Assembly (NCBI GenBank): GCA_029287235.1 | Contig: JARFRM010000199.1 | Span: 484 to 64,483, forward strand | Length of the DNA stretch: 64,000 nt | Direction: 5' to 3' | Source: Thermoanaerobaculales bacterium | GTDB lineage: Bacteria > Acidobacteriota > Thermoanaerobaculia > Thermoanaerobaculales > Sulfomarinibacteraceae | Shown: positions 18,090 through 26,150 of the stretch, in pieces | How positions within the stretch are numbered: position 1 is the stretch's first letter | How the letters are laid out: every line of letters starts with the position of its first letter | Program-made: the position numbers and the translations under genes | Notes under the pieces: model-generated | Databases searched by the model: none | What the model was told of the DNA's origin: nothing | What the model saw: the letters and a program-made list of their open reading frames with translations, nothing else

Positions 18090-18362
18090 ATGCGCGTACC
18101 CGCTCCACTGAAGAGTCTCGCAGATCAGGTCATTCGATCCGCAAGCTCGGTGCCCGCGAATCTTTCGGAAGGCCACGGCAGGACCGGTAGAGATCGACTG
18201 CACCACTGGCGCATCGCCTATGGCTCAGCGAAAGAAGTCGACACCCACCTTCGTCTCCTCACCGGAGTTGGTTCTCTCGAAAGAACTCAAGCCGCCAAGG
18301 CGATCCAACTCTTCGACGAAGTCCGAGCCATCACATGGCGCCTCCTCCACCCAAAACCCTAG
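18090..18362 (+). CDS. four-helix-bundle protein (23S rRNA intervening-sequence / S23-like family), N-terminally truncated
   Basis: LADQVIRSASSVPANLSEGHGR...AYGSAKEVDTHLRLL matches the central and C-terminal helices of this family. The first helix is absent and is replaced by repeat-encoded residues. May be a pseudogene remnant. Confidence 0.55.
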   Translation: MRVPAPLKSLADQVIRSASSVPANLSEGHGRTGRDRLHHWRIAYGSAKEVDTHLRLLTGVGSLERTQAAKAIQLFDEVRAITWRLLHPKP

Positions 18363-18379
18363 TTTGCGATGAATTGTGG

Positions 18380-18400
18380 GGGCGGGCTTCCAGCCTGCCC
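18380..18400 (+). terminator. GC hairpin after the four-helix-bundle ORF
   Basis: GGGCGGGCT TCC AGCCTGCCC (one mismatch), followed by TTCAG. Weak T tract. Confidence 0.35.
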
Positions 18401-18638
18401 TTCAGAAACCTCCTCGTCGGAGGGGTGTCACCAGGAAGTCTGATACCCCACGAACCGGATGCGGAACAGCACCGTGACCGCCCCAGGACAATGAGAACTG
18501 CGCGGCCAACGGGCCGTTCATTCTATCGTTCGCCCATCGATTTCTCGGCGGCGCGGACCGCCACCGAACAAAAAATTGAGGGGCACTCTCGGGAAGGCCC
18601 TGAGAGAAGTGTGCTCCGGCCCAGAACGAGGCCGCCGC

Positions 18639-18701
18639 TCGCGCAATCAGCGTGGTCAATACCCTTCCCGCGACCACCAAATGACCACGCTGATTGCGCG
18701 A
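18639..18701. repeat. perfect 19-bp inverted repeat with 25-nt spacer
   Basis: TCGCGCAATCAGCGTGGTC (18639-18657) and GACCACGCTGATTGCGCGA (18683-18701), verified base by base. About 50 nt beyond the rsmB stop. Confidence 0.85.
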
Positions 18702-18749
18702 CGTTGGGACGTCCGACATCCCAGAGGGCCGGAGTCGAAGGACCCGGAT

Positions 18750-19997
18750 TCAATCACGCCTCCGAACGGCGTGCACAGTGAAACCATCGCCATGCTCATG
18801 CGGCAGAATCCTCACGCCACCCGCAGCGGTCTCGATCCACGGCATGGCAACCGGAAGGTGATCGTCCATTGCGACGCGTTCAGATCCGTCGGTCAGGCTC
18901 TCGAAGTGTGCTTCGTTCTCCTCGGGCTCGATGGAGCAGGTGGCGTAGACGAGGACTCCGCCCGGCGCGAGAAGATCCAACGCCGCGGCGATCATGGGTC
19001 GCTGCTGACCAACCGCTTCGACGACGGATTCCGGTCTGAGGCGCCATTTGAGTTCCGGGTGGCGCCGGAAGGTCCCCGTTCCGCTGCACGGTGCATCGAG
19101 GAGCACGAGATCCCAGGCACCGGCAGCCAACGCCGGGTGGCCCGCATCCGCGACCATCACCGGCATCTCATTCAACCTCCGGCCGAGACGACCGGCCTTG
19201 AAGGGACTTCTGTCGCCGGCAACCAGAAAATCCCATCGACCGATCTCATTCATCAGCGCGGTCTTCCCGCCAGGCGCCGCACAGAGATCAGCTGCACGTC
19301 CGGTTCCATCCGCCAAGCTCACCGCGATCCGCGCCACCATCTGCGAGCTCGGATCCTGCACAACCGCGACCCCTCGCCGGATCCGAGCCATCAGCTCCGG
19401 CCGCCCCTCGATAGCAGTCCACGCATCGGGACACCAAACGTGCGGTTGGAGCACGGCTCCGGCGTCCTCGGCATCTGCCTTCGACCGATCATCAACGAAC
19501 CAGACCCACGGCGTTGCGGGCTCCTGCGCCGCCGCCATGGCCGCCTCCGCCGGTTCGGCGCCGAAGCGCTCCTCCCACCGACGCCACACCCACTCCGGGT
19601 GCGACCACCTGAGGTCGGGGGGGGAGACCGCCGGTTCAGTCGCGACCACCCGACGCAGGACCGCGTTGACCATTCCGGTTGCCGAGGACTTGCCCAATCG
19701 TCGGGTCAGGCGGATCATCTCATCGGTGGCCACCGGCCCGGGAACGCCAAGATGCCGCACCTCGAAACACCCCATCCGAAGCGCGGTTCGGACCTCCGAG
19801 TCCAACCGAGTCGGTGGTCGTTTCAGAAAGGGCGCGAGAGCGTGATCAAGCGCCCGCTGCCAACGAAGAACTCCCAGAACCCGCACCCTGACCCCGGGTG
19901 ACGCGTCTCGCTCGAGCAGACGGGAGGCAAAGGCGCCGTCGTCGATCCTGATCAGGAGACGCGCAGCGCGAAGACGGTCACCCGAAGACTTCGCCAC
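18750..19997 (-). CDS. rsmB: 16S rRNA (cytosine967-C5)-methyltransferase
   Basis: NusB-like N-terminus, DLCAAPGGKT SAM motif, and LLDAPCSGTGTFRRHPELKW catalytic block. Overlaps the fmt 3' end by 20 nt, as in fmt-rsmB operons. Confidence 0.88.
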   Translation of the reverse strand: MAKSSGDRLRAARLLIRIDDGAFASRLLERDASPGVRVRVLGVLRWQRALDHALAPFLKRPPTRLDSEVRTALRMGCFEVRHLGVPGPVATDEMIRLTRRLGKSSATGMVNAVLRRVVATEPAVSPPDLRWSHPEWVWRRWEERFGAEPAEAAMAAAQEPATPWVWFVDDRSKADAEDAGAVLQPHVWCPDAWTAIEGRPELMARIRRGVAVVQDPSSQMVARIAVSLADGTGRAADLCAAPGGKTALMNEIGRWDFLVAGDRSPFKAGRLGRRLNEMPVMVADAGHPALAAGAWDLVLLDAPCSGTGTFRRHPELKWRLRPESVVEAVGQQRPMIAAALDLLAPGGVLVYATCSIEPEENEAHFESLTDGSERVAMDDHLPVAMPWIETAAGGVRILPHEHGDGFTVHAVRRRD

Positions 19998-20916
19998 GGC
20001 TCACCCGCTCACCGATCAGGAAGGCGTCGGCGGGAAGCCGGCGGCGGCCTTCACGCTGCATCTCGGTGATCAGCGCCGCCGAACCGCGGCCGCAACGGAC
20101 CAGGATGCCCGGCGGACCGACCTCGAGCACGGTCCCGACATCCTCTTTTCCCGAGGGCGCGGGACGGACCTCTTCGAGCCCGAAGATCTTGAGCCGGCCA
20201 CCGCGAAACTTGGTGTAGAGACCCGGCCAGGGTGTGAATCCCCGAAGGCGGTTGACGAGCTGGCGAGAAGGCATGGTCCAGTCGACCTTGGCAAAGTTGC
20301 GCCGCAGCATGGGGGTCACGTTGGACCCGTCTTCGGGTTGCCGCCTGGGCTTCACGGTTCCCTCCTCGAGGGCATCGAGGGTGGCGACCATGAGCTTTGC
20401 GCCGAGCTCGGCCAGACGAGGCGAGAGCGTTTCCGCGGTTTCCGTGGATTTGATGGCCAATCGTTCCTGAAGCAGAATCGGCCCGGTGTCCATCCCCTCG
20501 TCGAGCTGAATGGTGGTGACTCCGGTGGTGCGATCGCCACACACGAGGGCCCACTGGATCGGCGAGGGCCCGCGATGCCGCGGCAGGAGGCTCGGGTGGA
20601 GATTGACGAAACCATGCGGAGGAACGGACAGGAGGTCACCGGGGATCAGCTTGCCGTAGGCCACAACCACCGCAATCTCCGCCCCGCAGTCCACGAGCAC
20701 GTCTTTGAACGTGCCGCCCTTCATCCCCTTGGGCTGAGCGATCGGGAGTTCGAGGCGATGAGCCACCTCGATCACCGGTGGCGAGGTCATGACCTTGTGG
20801 CGGCCCACTGGTCGGTCGGGTTTGGAGACCACGAGAACGACCTCGTGGCGGCTCTCGGCCAGCGCATTGAGGGCCGGCACGGCAAAATCCGGAGTCCCGA
20901 AGTAGGCAAGCTTCAT
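19978..20916 (-). CDS. fmt: methionyl-tRNA formyltransferase
   Basis: MKLAYFGTPDFAVPAL start, NLHPSLLPRHRGPSPIQWA motif, and C-terminal Fmt domain. Confidence 0.92.
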   Translation of the reverse strand: MKLAYFGTPDFAVPALNALAESRHEVVLVVSKPDRPVGRHKVMTSPPVIEVAHRLELPIAQPKGMKGGTFKDVLVDCGAEIAVVVAYGKLIPGDLLSVPPHGFVNLHPSLLPRHRGPSPIQWALVCGDRTTGVTTIQLDEGMDTGPILLQERLAIKSTETAETLSPRLAELGAKLMVATLDALEEGTVKPRRQPEDGSNVTPMLRRNFAKVDWTMPSRQLVNRLRGFTPWPGLYTKFRGGRLKIFGLEEVRPAPSGKEDVGTVLEVGPPGILVRCGRGSAALITEMQREGRRRLPADAFLIGERVSRGEVFG

Positions 20917-21016
20917 AGCGCGAAGTCTACACCAAGTCTCAATTCAACTATCAACTGTTCGGCCTTCGGCCGTCCAGCCGAAAATTGAAAATGAGGAGTG
21001 TTTCCATCACAGGCGG

Positions 21017-22048
21017 TTGAATTCCAGCTCATCCCGCGTAGGCTTGATGGGTATGCGGTCCACCGACACTCCCGATTCTTTGGCGGCCGGAGTTCTCTCC
21101 CGCGACCGGGCGTTGCTCGGGAGGGCGTTGACCCTGATCGAGTCAAACCGCCGTGATCACCGACTCGAGGCCCAGAAACTCCTGGCCTTGATTCTCCCCA
21201 ATGCCGGCGGCGCCCACAGGATCGGCATCACGGGTGTTCCCGGTGTCGGCAAGAGCACATTCATCGAGGCATTCGGTCTGCGCCTGATCAACGGTGGCCA
21301 TCGGGTCGCAGTGCTCGCAGTCGATCCATCGTCAGCGTTGTCAAAGGGTTCGATCCTCGGCGACAAGACTCGCATGGAAGGGTTGTCCCGGAGCGATGAC
21401 GCCTTTATTCGTCCCTCACCCTCGAGCGGCTCCCTCGGCGGAGTGGCGCGCAAGACCCGCGAGTCGATCCTCGTCTGCGAGGCGGCAGGCTACGACATGG
21501 TGCTTGTGGAGACCGTCGGGGTCGGCCAGTCGGAGACAAACGTTGCCGACATGGTCGACTTCTTTCTGGTCCTCAAGCTCGCCGGCGCGGGTGACGAGCT
21601 CCAGGGGATCAAACGCGGCATCCTCGAACTCGCCGATCTCATTGCCATCAACAAGGCCGACGGCGACAATCTCCCCGCAGCCGAGCGGGCGCGGGCGGAG
21701 TTCGAGAGCGCCCTCCACATCCTCCGGCCGGCAACCGAGGATCAGTGGGCGCCCAAGGTGGTTATCTCGAGCGCGGTCACCGGCGTCGGCCTCGACGAGA
21801 TCCACGCGATCATCGTCGAACACCACAGGTTGATGAAGGGGAACGGTCATCTCGAGAAAACCCGTCGCGGGCAGGCCCTCCACTGGATGTGGTCGTTGGT
21901 TGACGAGGGTCTGAGAGCCGCGGTGCGAAATCACCCGGAGGTCGTCGGCGCGATCGAAAACCTCGAGCGCGATGTCGTTGAGGGCAGGACAACCGCCACC
22001 GCCGCGGCGAAGGAAATCCTCGAGGCGTTCGGAATCGAAGGGGAATAG
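21017..22048 (+). CDS. meaB: methylmalonyl-CoA mutase-associated GTPase (ArgK/MeaB family)
   Basis: GVPGVGKSTFIE P-loop, LAVDPSS...GSILGDKTRM, and INKADG. Start uncertain (TTG 21017 or Met 21047). No mutase gene in the window. Confidence 0.85.
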   Translation: MNSSSSRVGLMGMRSTDTPDSLAAGVLSRDRALLGRALTLIESNRRDHRLEAQKLLALILPNAGGAHRIGITGVPGVGKSTFIEAFGLRLINGGHRVAVLAVDPSSALSKGSILGDKTRMEGLSRSDDAFIRPSPSSGSLGGVARKTRESILVCEAAGYDMVLVETVGVGQSETNVADMVDFFLVLKLAGAGDELQGIKRGILELADLIAINKADGDNLPAAERARAEFESALHILRPATEDQWAPKVVISSAVTGVGLDEIHAIIVEHHRLMKGNGHLEKTRRGQALHWMWSLVDEGLRAAVRNHPEVVGAIENLERDVVEGRTTATAAAKEILEAFGIEGE

Positions 22049-22064
22049 AAGCCTCCGGAATCGC

Positions 22065-22110
22065 GATGGGCTCGGTGCCAGATGGGCTCGGTGGGCTCGG
22101 TGCCAGGCAC
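22065..22110. repeat. tandem repeat GATGGGCTCGGTGCCA, about 3 copies
   Basis: Read directly after the meaB stop. Ends in GGTGCCAGGCAC, which recurs at 39441. Confidence 0.6.
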
Positions 22111-22228
22111 GTATTTCCGTATCTGTTAGAAGAATCGGGAAAGGGCCGGGTACGGGTACAGGAGCCGGATCGGACAACCAGTCACAGAGACGAACCGAAT
22201 CCCCACGTCTGTTGAGACCTGGTATATA

Positions 22229-24847
22229 TTGAGCCGCCACATACGAGGAGTGCTCTTGATTTCCATCGACCCACAGACCCTTCGCACGCGCCTGGACGAG
22301 ATCCTGCCCACCGTCCAGAGCCCGTCACGCTATCTCGGCCTCGAGCGCAACCTGACCCGCAAGCCGTGGGACAGCACCGTGCTTCGGGTAGCGCTGGCCT
22401 TCCCGGACGCCTACGAGATCGGCATGTCCCACCAGGGCACCCGGATCCTCTACCACCTCGTCAATCGCCGCGACGACGCCCTTGCCGAGCGGACCTTCGC
22501 GCCCATGCCCGACATGGCCCGGGCGCTCCGCGCCGCCGAAATCCCGCTCTACACCCTCGAGTCCTACCATTCGGTTGGCGATTTCGACGTCGTCGGGATC
22601 TCGCTCCAGTCCGAGCTCAACTACATCAACGTCCCCTACATCCTCGATCTCGCCGGGATCACACGCCGCGCTGACGAGCGCAGCGAATCCGAACCGCTGA
22701 TCATCGGCGGCGGTCCCTGCACCGCCAACGCCGAGCCCGTTGCTGACTTCTTCGACGCCATCCTCATCGGCGACGCCGAAGCCGCCCTCGACACCATGCT
22801 CAACGCCATCCGCGATGGCCGGGCGGCCGGCGAGGACCGCACCCGTCTGCTGCACCGTCTAGCGTCGATCGAGGGGGTCTACGTCCCGCGTTTCTACACC
22901 TGGGTTCCGGCCACCTCCGACCGGCCGGGGTCGTGGGTCGAGCCCGAGGGTGTGCCGTTCCCGGTCAAGAGAGTGTGGGTCGACCGCCTCGATCTCGCCG
23001 ACCAACCCGACGTGCCCATCGTTCCCTTTGCGGGAGTGATCCAGGACCGGTTGGGTCTCGAGATCATGCGGGGCTGCACCCAGGGGTGTCGCTTCTGTCA
23101 GGCGGGCTACTGGTACCGTCCCGTTCGCGAGCACGACCCGGCCAAGGTGGTCGAACGGGTCGAGAAGCAGATCGACGAGACCGGCTTCGAGGAGGTCGGT
23201 CTGCTCAGCCTCTCCACCGCCGACTACTCGCAGGTGGAGCCCCTCGTCTACCACCTTGCCGATGCACTCCAGGAGCGGCGGGTTTCGGTGAACCTGCCCA
23301 GTCTGCGCGCGGACGCCTTCTCGGTAGGGCTCGCCGAGGCGGTCTCGCGGGTCCGGAAATCGGGTTTCACCTTTGCTCCGGAAACCGGTTCCGACAGGCT
23401 TCGGCGGGTCATCAACAAGACCTTCACCAACGCGGACATGATCAAGGCCGCCGAGGCCGCCTTTGCCAAGGGATGGAACGCGATCAAGGTCTACGCGATG
23501 ATCGGCCTGCCCACCGAAACCGACGACGATCTCGAGGAACTTGCCATCCTCGCCGAAGATCTGGCGGAGACGGGACGCCGGATCCGTGGTCGGAAGGTCC
23601 AGATCAAAGTCTCCGTCGGTTGCTTCATCCCCAAGGCATGGACCCCCTTCCAGTGGCAGCCCTTTATCGACGCCGATGAACAGCACCGCCGGATCGGTTG
23701 GCTCCGGAGCCGATTCCGCCGCATCAAGGGCACTCGCCTGACCTGGTCGAACCCCGACGAGGCGGTCCTCGAGGCGCTGCTGTCGCGAGGCGGTCGCGAG
23801 CTCAGCCGAACCATCGAGCGCGCACACGATCTCGGAGCGATCTTCGACGGCTGGAACGATTTCCTCAACCTCGATGCCTGGCGTCAGGCGGTGGCCGACA
23901 CCCACATCGACATGGAGCGAGAGCTCGGTGCACGCGAGCCCGCCGACCAGCTTCCCTGGGATTTCATCGACGCCGGGGTCCGCAAGGGATACCTCAAGGC
24001 CGAGTGGCGGCGCGCCGTCCGCGAAGCCGACACGGAGGATTGCAAGTGGGGTCGCTGCTTCCGATGCGGCATCCCGGGCGACGGCGAGGACACCCAACTC
24101 GCGGCATGCAGCCTCCCCCTGCTCGGTGAGGCCCTGCCCGAGGCCCACCAGCCCAAAGCTGCGGCCTACAAGCTGCGCCCGGAGCCACGGGTGCCACCGG
24201 CGGCGAGATTCGAGCCCCAGGCACCGGTCCACCGCCGTTATCGTTTCAGCTTCACCAAGATGGGAGACGCCCGTTATCTGTCGCATCGCCAGGTCATGGA
24301 CGCGCTCGAAAGGGCCCTGAGGGCGGGGCGGGTTCCGGTCCGCTACACCGAGGGCTTCAACCCACACATCCGCCTCTCCATGGGACCGGCACTCGGTGTC
24401 GGTCACGAGGGTGAGGCAGAACTCTTCGATGTGGACTGCACGTCCCAGGTTCGGCAACAGCACATCACCGCGGTCAACCGGCTCCTGCCGCACGGGATCG
24501 AGATCATCGATGTCAAACCGTTGTTTCAGGGAGCGCCGTCGCTGGGCAAGATGGTCTCCGCCTCGAGGTACCGCATCGCCCCACCTGCCAATGACGAGTG
24601 GCCCGAAGAGGCGCCCGGGCTCGACGCGGCGGTCTCCGACGCCATCCTCAGATGGACGGTCCTCTCGGACGGAAGCCTGACCATCGACCTCAATGTCCGG
24701 CAGGCGGCCGGCCCGACCGCCAGCGTCAAGCAGGTACTTCGCGGCATCGGCCTCAGCGATTCGGAGATCGAGCGGTCCCGAATTCGACGGGAGCTCCTCG
24801 TGCTGCGGGCGCCCGGAACCCAGCGGGCGAATCAGGCAGCGGGCTGA
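22229..24847 (+). CDS. radical SAM protein, fusion of TIGR03960-type (B12-binding-like + radical SAM) and TIGR03936/DUF2344-type domains
   Basis: N-terminal PSRYLGLERN...ALAFPDAYEIGMSHQGTRILYH block. CX3CX2C cluster motif in MRGCTQGCRFCQAG. C-terminal roughly 230 aa resemble DUF2344. Start uncertain (TTG 22229 or TTG 22256 after GAGGAG). Confidence 0.85.
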   Translation: MSRHIRGVLLISIDPQTLRTRLDEILPTVQSPSRYLGLERNLTRKPWDSTVLRVALAFPDAYEIGMSHQGTRILYHLVNRRDDALAERTFAPMPDMARALRAAEIPLYTLESYHSVGDFDVVGISLQSELNYINVPYILDLAGITRRADERSESEPLIIGGGPCTANAEPVADFFDAILIGDAEAALDTMLNAIRDGRAAGEDRTRLLHRLASIEGVYVPRFYTWVPATSDRPGSWVEPEGVPFPVKRVWVDRLDLADQPDVPIVPFAGVIQDRLGLEIMRGCTQGCRFCQAGYWYRPVREHDPAKVVERVEKQIDETGFEEVGLLSLSTADYSQVEPLVYHLADALQERRVSVNLPSLRADAFSVGLAEAVSRVRKSGFTFAPETGSDRLRRVINKTFTNADMIKAAEAAFAKGWNAIKVYAMIGLPTETDDDLEELAILAEDLAETGRRIRGRKVQIKVSVGCFIPKAWTPFQWQPFIDADEQHRRIGWLRSRFRRIKGTRLTWSNPDEAVLEALLSRGGRELSRTIERAHDLGAIFDGWNDFLNLDAWRQAVADTHIDMERELGAREPADQLPWDFIDAGVRKGYLKAEWRRAVREADTEDCKWGRCFRCGIPGDGEDTQLAACSLPLLGEALPEAHQPKAAAYKLRPEPRVPPAARFEPQAPVHRRYRFSFTKMGDARYLSHRQVMDALERALRAGRVPVRYTEGFNPHIRLSMGPALGVGHEGEAELFDVDCTSQVRQQHITAVNRLLPHGIEIIDVKPLFQGAPSLGKMVSASRYRIAPPANDEWPEEAPGLDAAVSDAILRWTVLSDGSLTIDLNVRQAAGPTASVKQVLRGIGLSDSEIERSRIRRELLVLRAPGTQRANQAAG

Positions 24848-24848
24848 G

Positions 24849-25229
24849 ATGCGTCGCTGGATCATCCACTCGCGGACGACGTTCAGCGCCCGCCACGCCC
24901 TGACCAGCTACCGGGGATCGCCCGAGGAATCACATCGCCACCTCTGGGAGGTGGCGATCCGGGTCGGATCCGAGAGCCTCAACGCCGAGGGTTTCGCCCT
25001 CGACTTTCACGACGTGCGCAGGGTGCTCAACGAGGTAACGAAACCGCTGCGGGGCAGCGATCTCAACCTCCACCCCGAGATCGGCCGGCCGACCCCCTCA
25101 GCGGAACGGGTGGCGGAGGTGCTCGCCGAAGTTCTCGCCCCACGACTCGCCGCCCTCGGCGGCGAGTTGCTCATGGTCAGCGTTTGGGAGGGTCCGGAGA
25201 ACCGGGTCGATTTGTCGCTCGCACCCTAG
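24849..25229 (+). CDS. 6-pyruvoyl-tetrahydropterin synthase / QueD-like protein (divergent)
   Basis: FSARHAL...SHRHLWEVAIRV...LDFHDV matches the PTPS/QueD fold and its His zinc ligands. ATG lies 1 nt after the radical SAM stop. The catalytic Cys column appears to be Glu by hand alignment. Confidence 0.7.
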   Translation: MRRWIIHSRTTFSARHALTSYRGSPEESHRHLWEVAIRVGSESLNAEGFALDFHDVRRVLNEVTKPLRGSDLNLHPEIGRPTPSAERVAEVLAEVLAPRLAALGGELLMVSVWEGPENRVDLSLAP

Positions 25230-25232
25230 CGG

Positions 25233-25817
25233 CTACGCGAAGCCGGTTTTCCCGGCCACACTCTTGGCCAACTCGGTCGCCTTCACGGTCCGATCGAAGA
25301 TCTCATCGGCCCCGGCCGCCAGCAGCTCGTCCCGCTTCTTCCTGCTCGTTGTCGGCGGCGTCAGGGCGATGACCCTGGCGAGGCCGAGGCGGGCGTCGCT
25401 CCGAATCACCTTGATGGCCTGAGGCCCATCCACGCCCTTCATCCCCACATCGACGATCATCACCCCCGGATCGAACGATCCGGCAAGGGTGCCCGCCTGG
25501 AAACCGTCGGTGGCGACCTGAGTGTCGAAACCGACTCCTCGGAACGCCTTCTCCATGGCCGCTGAGACCTTCTCTTCGCCCTCGACGATGAGAACCCGCT
25601 GGACATCGGGGATGAGCTCCTCCGGGATCGGCATGTTGTTCTCTTTGAGGAAGCTGATGAAGTCCGCGACCTGGACCCGGTTGTCACCTCGCCCAGGCAG
25701 CTGAAACGCTTTCAGATGTCCGCGTTGGATCCACCGAATGACCGTCCGGAAGTTGACACCGCACAGCTTGGCGATATCCCCGGTTGTCAGGTTTCGCTTG
25801 TTGAAATTTCTGGCCAC
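25233..25817 (-). CDS. response regulator with N-terminal excisionase/MerR-type HTH
   Basis: LTTGDIAKLCGVNFRTVIRWIQRGHLKA HTH, followed by a receiver domain (MIVDVGMKGVDG, RVIALT). GTG start. Confidence 0.75.
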   Translation of the reverse strand: MARNFNKRNLTTGDIAKLCGVNFRTVIRWIQRGHLKAFQLPGRGDNRVQVADFISFLKENNMPIPEELIPDVQRVLIVEGEEKVSAAMEKAFRGVGFDTQVATDGFQAGTLAGSFDPGVMIVDVGMKGVDGPQAIKVIRSDARLGLARVIALTPPTTSRKKRDELLAAGADEIFDRTVKATELAKSVAGKTGFA

Positions 25818-25912
25818 ATCCCACCCCCAGTCACCACCCGCTCCAACCCGTAGGCAAGGTCAAGAATACACAGACCCCGGCGCAACCCGAGGGCTGTTCA
25901 GATTTCAATCAT

Positions 25913-25927
25913 GCGACGACTCGTCGC
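25913..25927. promoter_or_regulatory. perfect 15-bp palindrome GCGACGACTCGTCGC upstream of the HTH-receiver gene
   Basis: Verified by hand. Its 1-nt centre makes an RNA hairpin implausible, so it is a candidate dimeric protein-binding site about 100 nt upstream of the GTG start. Confidence 0.35.
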
Positions 25928-26150
25928 CTAACAAGAACACGGAGAATCAACGACTCACGGTACGCCATTTCGAATCCGGACACGCCTGCCGTTCACCCGC
26001 TTTCGGTCCACTTGAACTAATCGAAGACATCTTCAATATAGTCCCTTTGGTCCTTCGGTGCAACGAATAGCGTTCTCTGTCGCGGCCGAGGCTCGGGCCC
26101 GCTCTTCAAAACCGCGATCCGATCGGGCGGCCCAGAGGCCTGAAAACAGA

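Noticed and set aside
18405-18485. SRP (4.5S) RNA-like motifs (CCAGGAAGTC ... CCGGATGCGGAACAGCACC).
   Set aside because: I could not form the conserved helix-8 symmetric/asymmetric loops or a GNRA-type tetraloop closing stem. The spacing between the two half-motifs is wrong.
22099-22118. Sigma-54 promoter-like GGCACG.
   Set aside because: The -12 element is absent at the required spacing (TCCG instead of TTGC). The same is true for the copy at 39446.
22859-24865. 668-aa ORF antisense to the radical SAM gene.
   Set aside because: The composition is Arg/Gly/Pro/Asp-rich and low in complexity, with no motifs. The plus-strand frame carries clear radical SAM and DUF2344 signatures.
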